DNA of 64,000 bases, from the NCBI GenBank assembly GCA_964016885.1, contig OZ024740.1:365304001-365368000 (forward strand), in the 5' to 3' direction. Below are positions 36,672-49,729 of this stretch, in pieces. Numbering within the stretch: the first letter of the stretch is position 1; every line of letters begins with the position of its first letter. The notes under the pieces are model-generated. The model searched no databases and had not been told where the DNA came from. It worked only from the letters and a program-made list of their open reading frames with translations. A program made the translations under genes and the position numbers. Source of the DNA: Eledone cirrhosa. Taxonomy: Eukaryota.

Positions 36672-39327
36672 GAGAACACCTATCGACCACCATGAGGTTC
36701 CCCCATTTACGTGCTATTTCTAGAACATCTATGGACTACACTGATGTCTAGCTTAAACTGATGGACTACACTGATGTTTAGCACACCTATGGACCACAGT
36801 GAGGCTCCCCCTATTTAGTTCCTATTTATAACGCGTATGAACAACCATGAGGTTCCCCCGACTTAGCTGCTATTTCTAGCACACCTATGAACCACCAGGA
36901 AGTTATACATGTTTAGCTGATGAAGCTGCTATTTCTAGCACTACTAAGGACCATCATAAGGTTCCAACTATTTAGCTATGTCTAGTACACCTATGGACCA
37001 ACATGAGGTTACCCATGTTTAGTTGATGTAGCTGCTATTTATAGCACAATTTAACTGCTATTTCTAGCACACCTATGGACGACTATGAGGTTCCCACCAT
37101 TTAGCTAATAATTCTAGCGAATCCATAGACCACCATGAGGTGCCCCTCCTATTTTTCTGCTGTTTCTAGTAAACCTATGGACCACCATGAGACCCCCCCC
37201 CCCTATTTAGCTGCTATTTCTAGCACACCTCTGGCCACCATTTGGTTCCCCCTATTTAGCTGCTATTTCCAGATCATTATGGACCACCATGAGGTTTCCA
37301 CTATTTAGCTGCTATTTCTAGCACACCTATGGACCACTATGTGGTTACATTTAATTAGCTGCTATCTCTAACAAACTTATGGACCACCACGAGATTCCTG
37401 CTGTTTATTCTATGTAGCTGCTAATTCCAGTACACCTATGGGCCACCATAAGGTTACTCCTATTTAGCTTCTATTTCTAGCATACCTATGGACCACCATT
37501 GGTGTAGCTGCTATTTCTAGCACACATATAAACCACCATAAGGCTCCTATTTAGCTGCTATTTCTAGCACACCTATCGACCACCATGAGATTCCCTATAT
37601 TTAGCTTCTATATCTAGCACACGTATGGATCACCATGTGTTTCCCCATATTTAGCTGCTATTTCTAACACACATGGTCCCTTCATTTAGCTGCTATGACC
37701 ACGGGGTTGCCCCCAACTTAGCTGCTATTTCTAGCACACACCATGAGTTTCACTCTATTTAGCTGCTATTTTTAGCACATCTATTGACCACCATGAGGTC
37801 CGCCTATTTAGTATCTATTTCTAGCACACCTACGGACCACTATAAGGTTTCGCTGTTTAGATGACATAGCTGATATTTCTGGCAACCCTATTGACCACAA
37901 TGACATTCCCCCTATTTTGCTGCTGTTTTTAGCACAGCTACAGACCACCATGAGGTTCCTACTATGCAGCTGCTATTTCTAGCACAGCTATAGACCACCA
38001 TGAAAATTTCCCTGATTAGCTGCTATTTCTAGCACACCTATAGTCCACTATGAGGTTCCCCTTCTTTAGCTGCTATTTCTAGCACATTTATGGTCCACCA
38101 TGATGTTCCCCCTATTTAGTTTTTATTTCTAGCACACCTACGAACCAGCATGGGGTTCCCCTGTTTAGCTGATGTAGCTGCTATTTCTAGCACACTTATG
38201 GACTACCATGAGGTTCCACTTATTTAGCTGCTATTTCTAGCACACCTATGGACCAACATGAGATTCCCCCTGTTTAGCTTATGTAGCTGCTATTTCTAGC
38301 ACACCTTTGGACCATCATAAAGTTCTCCCTATTTAGCTGCTATTTCTAGCGCACATATGGACCAACATGAGGTTCCCCCTATTTGGCTACTATTTCTAGC
38401 ACACTTATGGACCACTAAGAAATTGCCACTATTTTGCTGATATTACCAACACACCTATGGATTACGATTTAGCTGCTATTTTTAGTACACCTATGGACTG
38501 CCATAAGGTTCTGCATGCTAAGCTGGTGTAGCTGCTATTTCCAGCAGACTTTTGGAATAGCATGAGGGTCCACCTATTTAGCTACTATTTCTAGCACACC
38601 TATGGATCACCATGAGTTTCACACTATTTAGCTGCTATTTCTAGTAGACCTATGGGCCACAATGAGATTCCCGATATTTAGCTTCTATATGTAGCACACA
38701 TATGGATCACCATATGTTTCCCCATATTTAGCCGTTATTTCTAATACACATACGGACCACCATGAGGTTTGCCTATTTAGCTGCTAATTCTAACCCACCT
38801 ACAGACCACTATGAGGTTCCCTGAATTTAGCTGCTATTTCAGCACAGGTATGGACCACCATGATGTTCTTCCTTTTTAGCTGCTATTTCTAGCACACCTA
38901 ATGACTACTATAAGGTTATGCTGTTTAGATGATGTAGCTGATATTTCTGGCAACCCTATTGACCACCATGATATTCCCCCCTATTTAGCTGCTGTTTCTA
39001 GCACAGCTACAAACCACCATGAGGTTCCTACTATGCAGCTGCTACTTCTAGCACACCTATAGACCACCATGAAAATCCCCTGATTAGCTGCTATTTCTAG
39101 CACACCTATGGTCCACCATGAGGCTCCCCTTCTTTAGCTGCTATTTCTAGTACACCTATAGACCACCATCTGGTCCACCATGATGTTCCCCTATATTTAG
39201 CTTCTATTTCTAGCACACGTATTAACCACCAATGTAGTTCCCCTATTTAACTGCTATTTCTAGCACACCTATGGACCATGATGAGGGTCTTGTTTTTGCC
39301 GATATAGTTGCTATTTCTAGCACACCT
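36672..39327. repeat. Tandem satellite, ~49-bp unit, roughly 50 copies
   Basis: Consensus tttagctgctatttctagcacacctatggaccaccatgaggttccccta, with occasional gatgtagct insertions. Confidence 0.95.
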
Positions 39328-39546
39328 ACATATATATATATACAGCAACATCACAACTTACAATTAAGGACAAAATGAAAACACACACGCACATAGAACA
39401 AACAACCAACCAGTAACATGTAAATAAACAAATATAAACACACACAGACACCCGGGTGTAACACATGCGCAAACTAAGCACACAAAAACAAGATGGCGTC
39501 GGACAGAACAAAGGAGAGGCACAAAAAACAAAGAAAAGAATCCCCA

Positions 39547-39589
39547 GTCACTGAAGAGGTCACAGAATGTGTGACGAAAGAACTTTGAC
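39547..39589 (+). ncRNA. Type I hammerhead ribozyme, minimal, intact core
   Basis: gtca CTGAAGA g gtcaca gaatg tgtgac GAAA gaac TT tgac. Confidence 0.75.
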
Positions 39590-40135
39590 AACCATCTGGT
39601 TGTGGAACCAACCAACCAAGCGAAAATTTATAAATTTATTATAATAAATTGAAGTGAAAGCAACTGGTGCGTGTGTTTCTTATTGGCAACATGACCCTCC
39701 CAAAGTATAACAATATCTATATATATATATATATATACTAACAAAATTAAAGATGTCATGTCTGGGAATATCAGAAACATGCGCCATACCACCTGTAGAA
39801 GCTCAAAGATTATAAGGAATAAATCCGAGCATTTATTAAAATTAAATTAAAAGTTGATTGATATATATACATAAAGTAAACATATCAAACATTGACAGGG
39901 GATAATTTGTAAAGAGTGTAAACACACCTAGTTACGGAGGTAACATATTAAAATTTAATAAGAACTTTGAATATAGATACCTTGCAATAATGATTCATCT
40001 CCTTTGTATATATTCCATTAAAGAAATATATTTCACCATTAATAGGTGAATCATAGATGTTAACAAAACAAAATATTTAGGAGCCGCAAATACTAACAAA
40101 ATTAAATATCTATTATAAAATTAACAAAGATATAT

Positions 40136-40396
40136 GATGTGTTGTTTCCTTGAGCAAGACACTTTATTTCACATTGCTCCAGTTTACTCAGCTGTAGAAA
40201 TTAGATGATAGGGACTGGGGTCCCTATCATTCCACTGCAAAGTGGTCGTGGAGGTGCCACGGCAAAAAAGCACCCAGCACTCACTGTAAATGAAGTTGGT
40301 GTTAGGAAGGGCATCCAGCTGTAGAAATCAAGCCAGAATCAGTTCCCGTCCCACCCTTGCAAGTAGGGAAAAGTGGACGTAAAATGATGATGATGA
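40136..40396 (+). mobile_element. SINE family B, 5'-truncated
   Basis: Near-identical to ~34485-34740. Confidence 0.85.
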
Positions 40397-41006
40397 TCTG
40401 GTATTAATTCAACATTCTCTGGCAATATATGTGGAGGATTGGCAGTATCGGTAGAGGGTTGGACGCCATGTTTTGATCTGAGTTCAAATCCTGCCGAGGT
40501 TAACTTTGCCTTTCATCCTTACAGGGTCAATAAAATAAAGTACCAGTAATACACTGGTACTAATATGAAATTTTAGTAAGTAAGTTAATTTTATAATTTT
40601 CTTATTTTACGTCTCTCATATTATTGTTCTGCAACCCCATGCATTGAACCACAATGTTACTAAGACAAAACTTATATATTTGCTAGCATTGATATGCATC
40701 TGTATGTATATATATGTTACTAGATATTAATTCTTTATAATTATCTCCAAATTATTTGTCGAGCAATATTAGCCATGACTGCTGCTATGGTAGTAGGCAG
40801 GCCACTGTCTTATTAGCAAACCACTTTCCACTGATTGACCTCGATGTCACGTGATTGATTCTTTTTGAATTTGCCACAGACGCAGAGGCAGTGATTTTCT
40901 CAATGGCTAGGAATTCAGTCCACGCTTTGCTATTTCCTATCCACTGAATTATTTTTTAATAAGTTTCCAGAGTCCTCGCTTTGCCTGGAAACTTTGCTGA
41001 GAATAG

Positions 41007-41088
41007 ACTTCCCTGACGACGGAATGTTTCTTTATATCTTCTTCGGAAAATATATTTACTCCATTCCAGAAACTAATTAGTTGGAAGT
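41007..41088 (+). ncRNA. Type I hammerhead ribozyme, intact core, large loop II
   Basis: acttcc CTGACGA c ggaatg [35 nt] cattcc a GAAA ctaattag TT ggaagt; 8-nt palindromic stem III. Confidence 0.85.
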
Positions 41089-41194
41089 GATATTTTAGTA
41101 AGTAAGTTAATTTTATAATTTTCTTATTTTATGTCTCTCATATTATTGTTCTGCAACCCCATGCATTGAACCACAATGTTACTAAGACAAAACC

Positions 41195-41244
<50 letters not shown>

Positions 41245-41247
<3 letters not shown>

Positions 41248-41408
41248 ATCTAAGGCGGGTAAAATTCCCGAGATCCATGGACGAGTTCTCTCCAGCGGTC
41301 TATGTCCCTCATTATCACTGCCATATCCTGCATCTCCAACAGACCAGTGTCTGTCCTTAGGGCATCAACATATGTTAACCTTGGTCTTCCTCTTCTAGTG
41401 TGTCCATG
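41245..41408 (-). mobile_element. RTE-type LINE extreme C-terminus inserted in (TA)n
   Basis: HGHTRRGRPRLTYVDALRTDTG...MRDIDRWRELV. Confidence 0.7.
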
Positions 41409-41461
41409 TATATATATATATAAATTACACAATAATCGAAACTATGTTCAAAACATTTTAT

Positions 41462-41508
41462 TGCTGACAATCGTTTCTTCCAAACTTTCGTTTGGAATCA
41501 TCGGAGCA
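41462..41508 (-). ncRNA. Type I hammerhead with CCGAUGA core variant
   Basis: Minus strand: tgct CCGATGA ttccaaac gaaa gtttggaa GAAA cgattg TC agca. Confidence 0.75.
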
Positions 41509-42336
41509 CTAGCAAAGTTTAGACATATAATTAACTTCCTATTTGACAGAACAATCATATAGATACATATATATTAATGTTGTCATCAACAATTTCATAT
41601 TTACAGAATGAAGTGGATGTGACAGAGATTACAAGACAGTATAGCAATTAAAGAGGCATTAAGGCAGAAAGTTACTCGCAAAACGAGAACATTAGCAGTA
41701 CATATGCAAGCGTATAGAGAGTGCAAATGTGTTAGGCATATACAGGATAGCTAGGTAGGAAACAAGCAATGGTACTAGGCATATATATATTACAGTATGG
41801 CAAAGGTATCACATAATATAACACAGGTTTACAAGCATATTAAGCAGACAAGGATGTTTGTGTATTAAAAGTAGTTTCTATGAGTTTATGGTGGATGTAG
41901 TGTGATAATTGTTCCTGTAATGTTCAAATGTGCATGTGTTGAGAGTGTTAATATTATTGTTTTCTTTTCCATTACATTGGTTGTATTTTATTTTAGTAAA
42001 TGTTTATCAGTAGTTACAGCCATGGATTGTATATTGGTCCTATTACAATCTTATCAAGGGTTCGAGTTGTTCTAGAGTGATCCTTCTAAAAGTGAGTTAG
42101 AGATCTATATTAAGGGGAGCTAATATGAAAGGAGAGGTAATTAGCGATTAATTTTTATATGATAGAAAGAAATGTATAGTTGTTTACAGCTCCAATTAGT
42201 TAAATTTCTTGTGTTAATATACGTTATATTGTTATAAGTGAATCCCTTTTATATAATGCTATTTATTTATATATTTAATTTTAAATACAATCTATTTTCC
42301 TATAATACATTAAAGGTCTCATTATATTATTATGGA

Positions 42337-42515
42337 TTGGCAGTATCAGTAGAGAGTCGGACACCATGCTTTCCAGCATAGTTACGTCCCTTTACGATCT
42401 GAGTTCAAATCCTGCCGAGGTTAACTTTGCCTTTCATCCTTACGGGGTCGATAAAATAAAGTACCAGTAATGTACTGGGTAATTGCTGGCCTTGTGCCAA
42501 AAGTAGAAACAATTA
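42337..42515 (+). mobile_element. SINE family A copy
   Basis: Matches the 43500 copy. Further copies at ~27256(-), 28747(+), 29022(+), 30280(+), 36495(-), 40439(+), 50440(-), 53322(-), 53536(-). Confidence 0.8.
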
Positions 42516-42739
42516 TATCATTATCTACCCATTGCTGAATAAAATATAAGTAAGCTATAGTAGTTATATTAAATGGTGGTAACTTTATGTTTATTCTTAA
42601 TAGTTATTGTAGAGTATAAGGTTTGAGATAAATAGGAGGCAAGTAGAGGAATGAGCTGATCCTAGAGTGTGATGTTGTGGGGTAATTATATGCTGATAAA
42701 ACCTAGAGGTGTAGTGTTAATGGTGGTACTTTAACAATG

Positions 42740-43040
42740 TGGTACACAGGCTCTCTCTCAGCCCTACAGAATCCCTCTCCCCTGACTCTAGTGATGCCTA
42801 GCCCTTCTGGTCCTGCCTGAATCCCCTCCAAACAGCTGTTGGTTGCTGTAGAACCAACCTTCAGAAATGAGAATATGCCACCAATGATGACTCCAACTGC
42901 CAATGCAGGCAATTACAAACTATGGAACACCAGGTTTGCCCCAATCTTGAAGATTCCTGCACACTTAACAACCTTAACACCCCAGACAAGGCTCTGTGCA
43001 CAACACTGGATGGGTGTGGTGTAGCGACTTGATAAGAAGA
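42740..43040 (+). mobile_element. Vingi/Ingi-like LINE 3' end
   Basis: An unlisted frame reads LNPLQTAVGCCRTNLQK*EY...CQCRQLQTMEHQVCP...CTL..L, like the LNRLRTG..C.CG..QT..H...CP zinc-knuckle tail; short (AAG)n end. Confidence 0.6.
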
Positions 43041-43499
43041 AAATCACAATCACCTTTACTTACTTATTACCATATTTATAGTGAAATACACTGTATTTGA
43101 ATTAATGAAGATTGTGGAGAGATTTACTAAAATAATTATTTCATTAAGATACTATTTGTAAGATAATTTAACAAAAGGTTCTCATATCAAATTATGTTGA
43201 AAGAATTTATATAGGAACCCTTTCAAACAAATAGTCTTGTTTCACGGAAACAGACGCAGTTTTCTTTAGGTTCATATAAAAAGGGTTACTATGAATAGTT
43301 ACCTTCTCAAGAGAGAACTGGACCTAACAAGGAGTAGCATTCAGAAGTAGAGCATGAGAGTTACAAGTGACTGAGAATGGAACTACCAGCCTACAAATCA
43401 CTGTAACCTCCTTACACATACTACCATGTGCCAAGGAAGGAAGAGATGCATATAACTTTGGATGACTTAATCTGCCAAGCTGTAAACTGATACTGTGGA

Positions 43500-43684
43500 T
43501 TGGCAGTATCGGTAGAGGGTCGGACGCCATGCTTTGACGCATAGAGTTACGGCCCTTTCCATTCTGAGTTCAAATCCCGCCGAGGTTAACTTTGCCTTTC
43601 ATCCTTACGGGGTCGATAAAATAAAGTACCAGTCATGTACTGGGTAATTGCTGGCCTTGTGCCAAAAGTAGAAACAATTATTAT
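43500..43684 (+). mobile_element. SINE family A (~180 bp), representative young copy
   Basis: ttggcagtatcggtagag head, B-box-like gagttcaaatcc, core ctttgcctttcatcctt...gtcgataaaataaagtaccag, tail ccttgtgccaaaagtagaaacaattatt; at least 17 copies in the window. Confidence 0.85.
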
Positions 43685-44504
43685 TGAGGAGGTCACTGTA
43701 AGATCACAAAAACTCTATATATTCTGAGTCATTCTAATGTCCAGAGTTATCACCTCACAAAGATCAATCTTACTCCCAACTGCATTCAGCCATTTAATTT
43801 TATATCAATTTTAACTTCACAAATATTTATAATTGAACTTAAATTTATTTGGGAGTTGTCTTCTACTCTTTATCCACCTAACCTTCACTCTTTGACATTA
43901 GAAATAGAATGGAATTTCTATACATTTCCTGTCAGCATGACTTGGCAAGCTAATTAGAACACTGGATTAACCCCTTTACTTCCCTCCAAAGAAAATTAAG
44001 GATATTCAAATAAATTTAAGGTAAAGGACTAATTGTCAGCAATATCTTTTGCATTTGTATTTATATTCTATATCCATACCTGCATTGTTTTGGCCTTCTA
44101 ACTCCAAACGTTTATAAAAATATGTATAAGTATGTTTTTGAAACAGCAAGCAAGTTTGAAAGTAGACACACACACAATAGCATTCCACCATACGAACATA
44201 CTACACTGCCAATACAGATGAACAAGGCAACTACACATGCACACACACACACACACACACACACTCAAGCGAGACAACAACACACGCACACACACACACA
44301 GTAACATTTAACAAGCAGGCAGAGAATGGACTGACAGCTAGCGCCATCCCACTCCCTCATTCGGCCGTTGGCTTCTGTACGACCGACCCCATCTCACGCG
44401 CACGCGCGCTCGACCGAATACCTCAGATATTCAAATCAACAAACAGCGAAAGACGCGTTCCGAATTGTCCGACAGACAACCTTTTTCGCCACCCCGGAAA
44501 AAAA

Positions 44505-44540
44505 CCCCAGTTGATGGATGTGAATCCGAAATATATAGGG
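44505..44540 (+). ncRNA. Degenerate minimal hammerhead
   Basis: ccc CAGTTGA t gga tgtgaa tcc GAAA tata TA ggg; all stems intact, two core substitutions. Confidence 0.55.
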
Positions 44541-44959
44541 ACTATTAAATCTCTCCCAAGGTAACTCTCTCTCTTATGTTGTTATTATTATTTTTACCCT
44601 TTCACTCTTCCCTTCATTCTACACATCTCACACATCTTATACACACCACGCATCTCAACGTACACCCACTTACATATCTCTCTCCTCCACCGGACCCTGT
44701 TACCCGGAGATTTACCCATTTGCATTGTCGAGGCTTCCAAACGACTTATAAATATATATATATATATATATATCTTCCAGGGACTCATCGCACAAATAAA
44801 AATACAAATAAAAATCCTAACCAATACAAAACCCACAACTACAGTCACTTACAGTTGCCTAAACAGGAAACCTCTTTTTTAGCCATAATGAATCTGGCAA
44901 AATAATTACAATAAAGCATTCTAACCATCACCCAACACCACCCTCCACTACCACCCCAC

Positions 44960-46300
44960 TGCATAAACTCCTATTGCTGCCATTAACAAACAAACCCCCA
45001 AAACAATTAAAATCAGCCACAACATTAGCCTCAACATTTTTGCTTAATGCACAAGACATCAGCCCTTCCACCAATACTAAAAAATGGAATATTAAATTTC
45101 TTGAGGATTGGGTTGAATACCATCCTAACCACGTCCCTTTCTTCGTACTCTCCAAAACCCATCCCCCCCCCCCACACACACACTTGGAAGCCGAGGTGAA
45201 AGTGAAGAATTTCAAAGCTATCCATGCAGATCGCACTGGTAGAAGAAAGGGTGGGACTGCCATTTTTTTGTACATGATTCTTTTGACACAAGCTAAGAAC
45301 ATATTTTCCAATGGATACTGTGAAGCAGTCACTGTGTACAATAAAACCAACAACTTAATAGTAGTTGGGCTCTATAGGCCACCCCAAACATCTCTACGAT
45401 GCTTCAAGGAATGCCTCAACAGCATAAAGTGTTTCATCCAAACGTGATGCGTTGGCAACATCTTAATGATGGAGGACCAGGTTTTTCCACCTCAATGCCT
45501 GATATAGAATTGCTTTTTGACTTCATGGATGAGTTTTTTCTGTCCCAACTTGTGCTCAAACCAACAAGGTGCCAGATCTTGGACCTAATGTTCAGTAACC
45601 ACACTGACACTATCCACAATATTGCAGTGGAAAAAACTCTACTCTCAGAACATGACATGGTTCTCTGTGATCTGAGATTCCACCATCCAAAAAGCAAACC
45701 CAATGACATTTCTCCAGTTCATCCATTTGACACAATGGATCTTCATAATGCAAACTGGGAAGCGATCAATCATGATCTTGCACATGGCGATTGGTCTTTC
45801 GTGCACACTCACACTCCATTAATATAAAAAAATCCTGGCAGATATTTGTAGCCACTGTAACAAATATATGTGCAAAACATACCCCATTAAGATCTGTAAA
45901 CAAATTTAAGTGCAGAATCCCTAGAAATAGAAGAACACTTATCAGAAAAATTCAAAGAATTAACAAAAAAAATCAACAAATTTAAATACTGCCAACATCA
46001 ACACACCCATTTGACTGCCATTACATCACTAGAATCGAAAAAAACGCAACCTCCAAAACAGCATGATGTCCATCATCAACAATCAAAGAGCAGCTGAAGA
46101 GGCCTGGGCCATTGAGAAAATCAAACTCAATCCCACACTGTTCTTTTCATTTGCAAAAGAACACAAAGTCACTGGTTCCACTGTTGGCCCTCTAATTGAT
46201 GAAAATGGCACTCTCCAAGATAATGGTAAAACCATGGGTGAGATACTGGAAAACAATACTGCTCTGTTTCAGCAATCCTGATATGGCTGATCTGGGCTGT
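44960..46300 (+). mobile_element. Degenerate CR1/L2-type LINE ORF2 fragment (APE endonuclease and linker)
   Basis: HADRTGRRKGGTAIF, IVVGLYRPP, QLVLKPTR..ILDLMFSN, SEHDMV and IKLNPTLFFSFAK..VGPL across frameshifted ORFs. Confidence 0.8.
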
Positions 46301-46379
46301 ATCAGTGATGTTAATCCCCCTCACTAAGCATACCCAGTGCCTATCCTCTTGGTATTGCTCTCTGTCTTCCCCTTCCCTC

Positions 46380-47145
46380 CTGTCTTTCTAGGTTTGTCTC
46401 TTAATTTTTATGGCTCTATCTCCCCCCTCATCCCACCACAATGTCTCCCTCAATCTTGCTGAGAACTTGCTCCAGCCACAGAGCTGGTCTGTGACTTTCA
46501 GCAAATTGTCTCATAGAAATTCCTAATTTTCCTCTACACTATAGGTCTCAGTTTCCTCTTCTTTACTGTTGTAGGTGTAGGATATCTCTGAACTTATTGC
46601 CAGATGAAGGTTCTTTTAGTTTCCATGTTTTTCTTCTCCAGATTGACTTTTGTCTCTAAGTTTGTCTAGACCTTACTTTAAGGTCTCTGATAAGACTTGG
46701 CATTTACAATCTTTTGTCTATCTTCTTTCCTCATAAGGATGAAGTCTATTTGGCTTGTGTGTCCACCTGACTGAGAGGTAATCAGGTGGCTGGCTGATTT
46801 CCTGAAGTTTGTGTTGCAAATAGTAAAATTAAAAACATCACAGATTTCTGGAATCCTTGACTGCTACTCAATTCTTCTACCTTATCCATAGCCACTATGT
46901 ACACCAGAAAAGCCATCATTATGTTTCTCAACATGTCTATTGCAGTTGCTAGCCATGATAATGAGGTCATTGTCATTTGTTATCAAAGCTGTCCATAAGA
47001 GAACCCTGTAAAATTTGTCCTTCTCTTCATCTCTCTGTTTAATTAGTCTAAGTTTAATTATCCTGTCACACACACTGACTACCTCAATTATGTTATACAT
47101 CCATTTCTCTGCCAATAGTATGGCTATATCATTACTGCTACCCAC
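46380..47145 (-). mobile_element. Degenerate RTE APE-endonuclease/linker fragment
   Basis: ILLAEKW..VVSVCDRIIKLRL, EEKDKFY, GFSGVHSGYG and TY.SGGH.SQIDFIL-like peptides. Confidence 0.7.
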
Positions 47146-49729
47146 TCAGGTCAGCTCTAGTCAAGTAGACCTTTGACCAAAAGGCTTTCTAGCCATGATC
47201 ATTCTGTCCTTTTATACATTATGTACCTTAGTTAATGTGTCAGTGAGAAGTGATTTGAGGGAGATTTGACTTCTATTTTTAGCATGTCAAACAACCAAGT
47301 AGAGATGAGCTGGTAAAAGAAATATGTTTTTGTATGGCTCTGCAGTAGGGTGTATAATTCATTTAACCTTTTACCAAGAAAAATATATTGCTTTCTAGAT
47401 TAGATTTTTTTCATCAGCCATCATCACCTCTTTATCTCTCAAAATTACTAATTTCTACACTAAAGTGTTCACATTGAGAGACAAAACAGTAAATTTGTTT
47501 GCCCCAATCAACTTAATTGAAAATAGATATCACTCCTGTTGCCGAAAAATAAGTAACATGATGTTTATTTGGTTCCCAGAAAAAGAAAAGTTATCTTGCT
47601 CTAATAACAATCAATTAACTATTTGTAAACTTATCCAACGAATACAAATATTGACTTAAACTAACATATATCTGTATTTATATATCATTGCTATGTAACC
47701 CTTCAGTCCGCATGTTAGCAGTCCACATCAAGGACAATTCTAATGAAAGACACTGCCTGTAATTTTCAAATAATTGTTTTAAATAATCTAGAATTTGGTG
47801 AGTTTTAGTAATGTAACTAACTTTCTCATTATTAAGTTGATTATTTATGGTTCATCATCATCAGCATCATCATCCCCATCATCATCATCATCATCCTTTT
47901 CCTCCTCTTCCTCCTCCTCCTTTTATGTCCACTTTTCCATGCTTGAGTGGGTTGGGCACATCTTTTCCAGCACATCCTTCCTTCTATGTGTAGTTCATTT
48001 TTTTAATATAAAATTATGACAAAAGGTTTTTAGATAAATATAAACACTTTAAAACCAGTGGGGCAGTTTCAGTCAGTTTGGTATCAAATAGGTTAATAAT
48101 GAATCAGGTGGTGGTAAGGGGGGGGGGGGGGGATATGTTTCTAATACAAGTAATATTATTTTATCTACAGCAAATGAAATTTTTGTACACAGCTAATGAT
48201 TTAAGAATTAAATAGCAACTCTACTTTTTACTTGTAAGTTATTTCCTTCACATATTCCTTCATATAACATTAGGCATCAGACTCCAAATGCCATTTAACT
48301 GACAGTAAGATCAACGTTAACGTCTATGGCAAACAAACATGATAAAATTGAGCTGAGGCCAGCAGCAAGTAGAAGCTAATTACAAGTTGGATTCTGTAGT
48401 TCCAAGCTATAAATCTAAAATTATTGATTCCTTGCTCTGTGTTCTATATGCTTGACACAAGCTCTGTGTCAACACTATTGCAAGTATCTAAATTGATAAA
48501 AAGCTAAATTGTTTCTCTTGAATTTTGGTGGTCATTATGTTCCACCATAAGCCATTCAATTCAACTGAAAAAAAAAGAAAAAATGCTATGTTCTATTCAT
48601 ATTTGTCCTCAAATATGTATTGACAATGACACAAATGTATGTATGTATGTATGTATGTATATATATATGTATATATGTGTGTGTGTGTGTGTCTGTGTGT
48701 GCGTATGTATGTATATATATATATCTACATACATATATATATATATATGAAGGCTCATGGTTGAGTGGTTAGAGAATTAGATTCACAATCGTGAGGTTGT
48801 GAATTCAATTCCTGGATCGCACGATGTGTTATGTCCTTGGGCAAGACACTATATTTCACATTGCTCCTTCTACTTGGAGTTGCAACAGATAGAGAGTATT
48901 AGCAATTGGAAAGACCAATGGAAACATTGTTTCCTTGGTCCGATTTGATGAATGTCGATTGACTGTCTCTATATATATGTATATATATAGGAAAAGAGTC
49001 AAGACTCCGACGGCTGAGCTCTGGCCATTTCGACAGCTAGATCTGAACTAACCCAGTAGTGTTAGGATGGTAGTAATCTAGCTGAACTTATCAAGGGGTA
49101 CAGTCCATATATGGGCATGGAATCAAAACATAGCAGTAGTATCATATCAAACAATTCTAAAAATTGTTGTTTTTCTTTTCTGTCACAGGGAGTGGTCAAA
49201 GATTTTTGGGATGTCATATACATAGTTAAATTCCTTCATAGAGGAGAGTGGTGGGGTGGCTGAACTTGCCTGTAGAACAAAGGGGAAGGAGTAAGATGAC
49301 ATTCTGACCTTTGGATGCCAGGCTGGTCATGCTTTAAGAGAGAATTCTTTACAGCTATCTCTAAAGGGAGTAAGAAACTATGAGAAACAAGGAATATTGT
49401 GGAGGGAATATGAGTATGCCAGGTCTAACATTGGCTAAAGAGCAAAGCAAATATAATTTAATACTAATTAAATTGTTAATTAATAAAATTTAGTTATTAG
49501 TTACTCTAATACACTAGAATGGCACCTCAATGTAGTAATTATCAATATTATCTTTGGATTAACCACCTGCAATTTTAAGACCCGGTATTACCAACACTAA
49601 CATACATTTAGAAACCTGACCAGGCGACACGCAACAGCACTTTCTGGCCATATTTGGGACCTCCAAGAGACATGGATATGGGTGGCTTCCTAATGCCAAC
49701 CACATTTACTGTGAGTACTGGACATGTAC

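Noticed and set aside
36672-39327. Satellite as a CRISPR array
   Set aside because: No unique spacers, continuous degenerate units, eukaryotic context, no cas genes.
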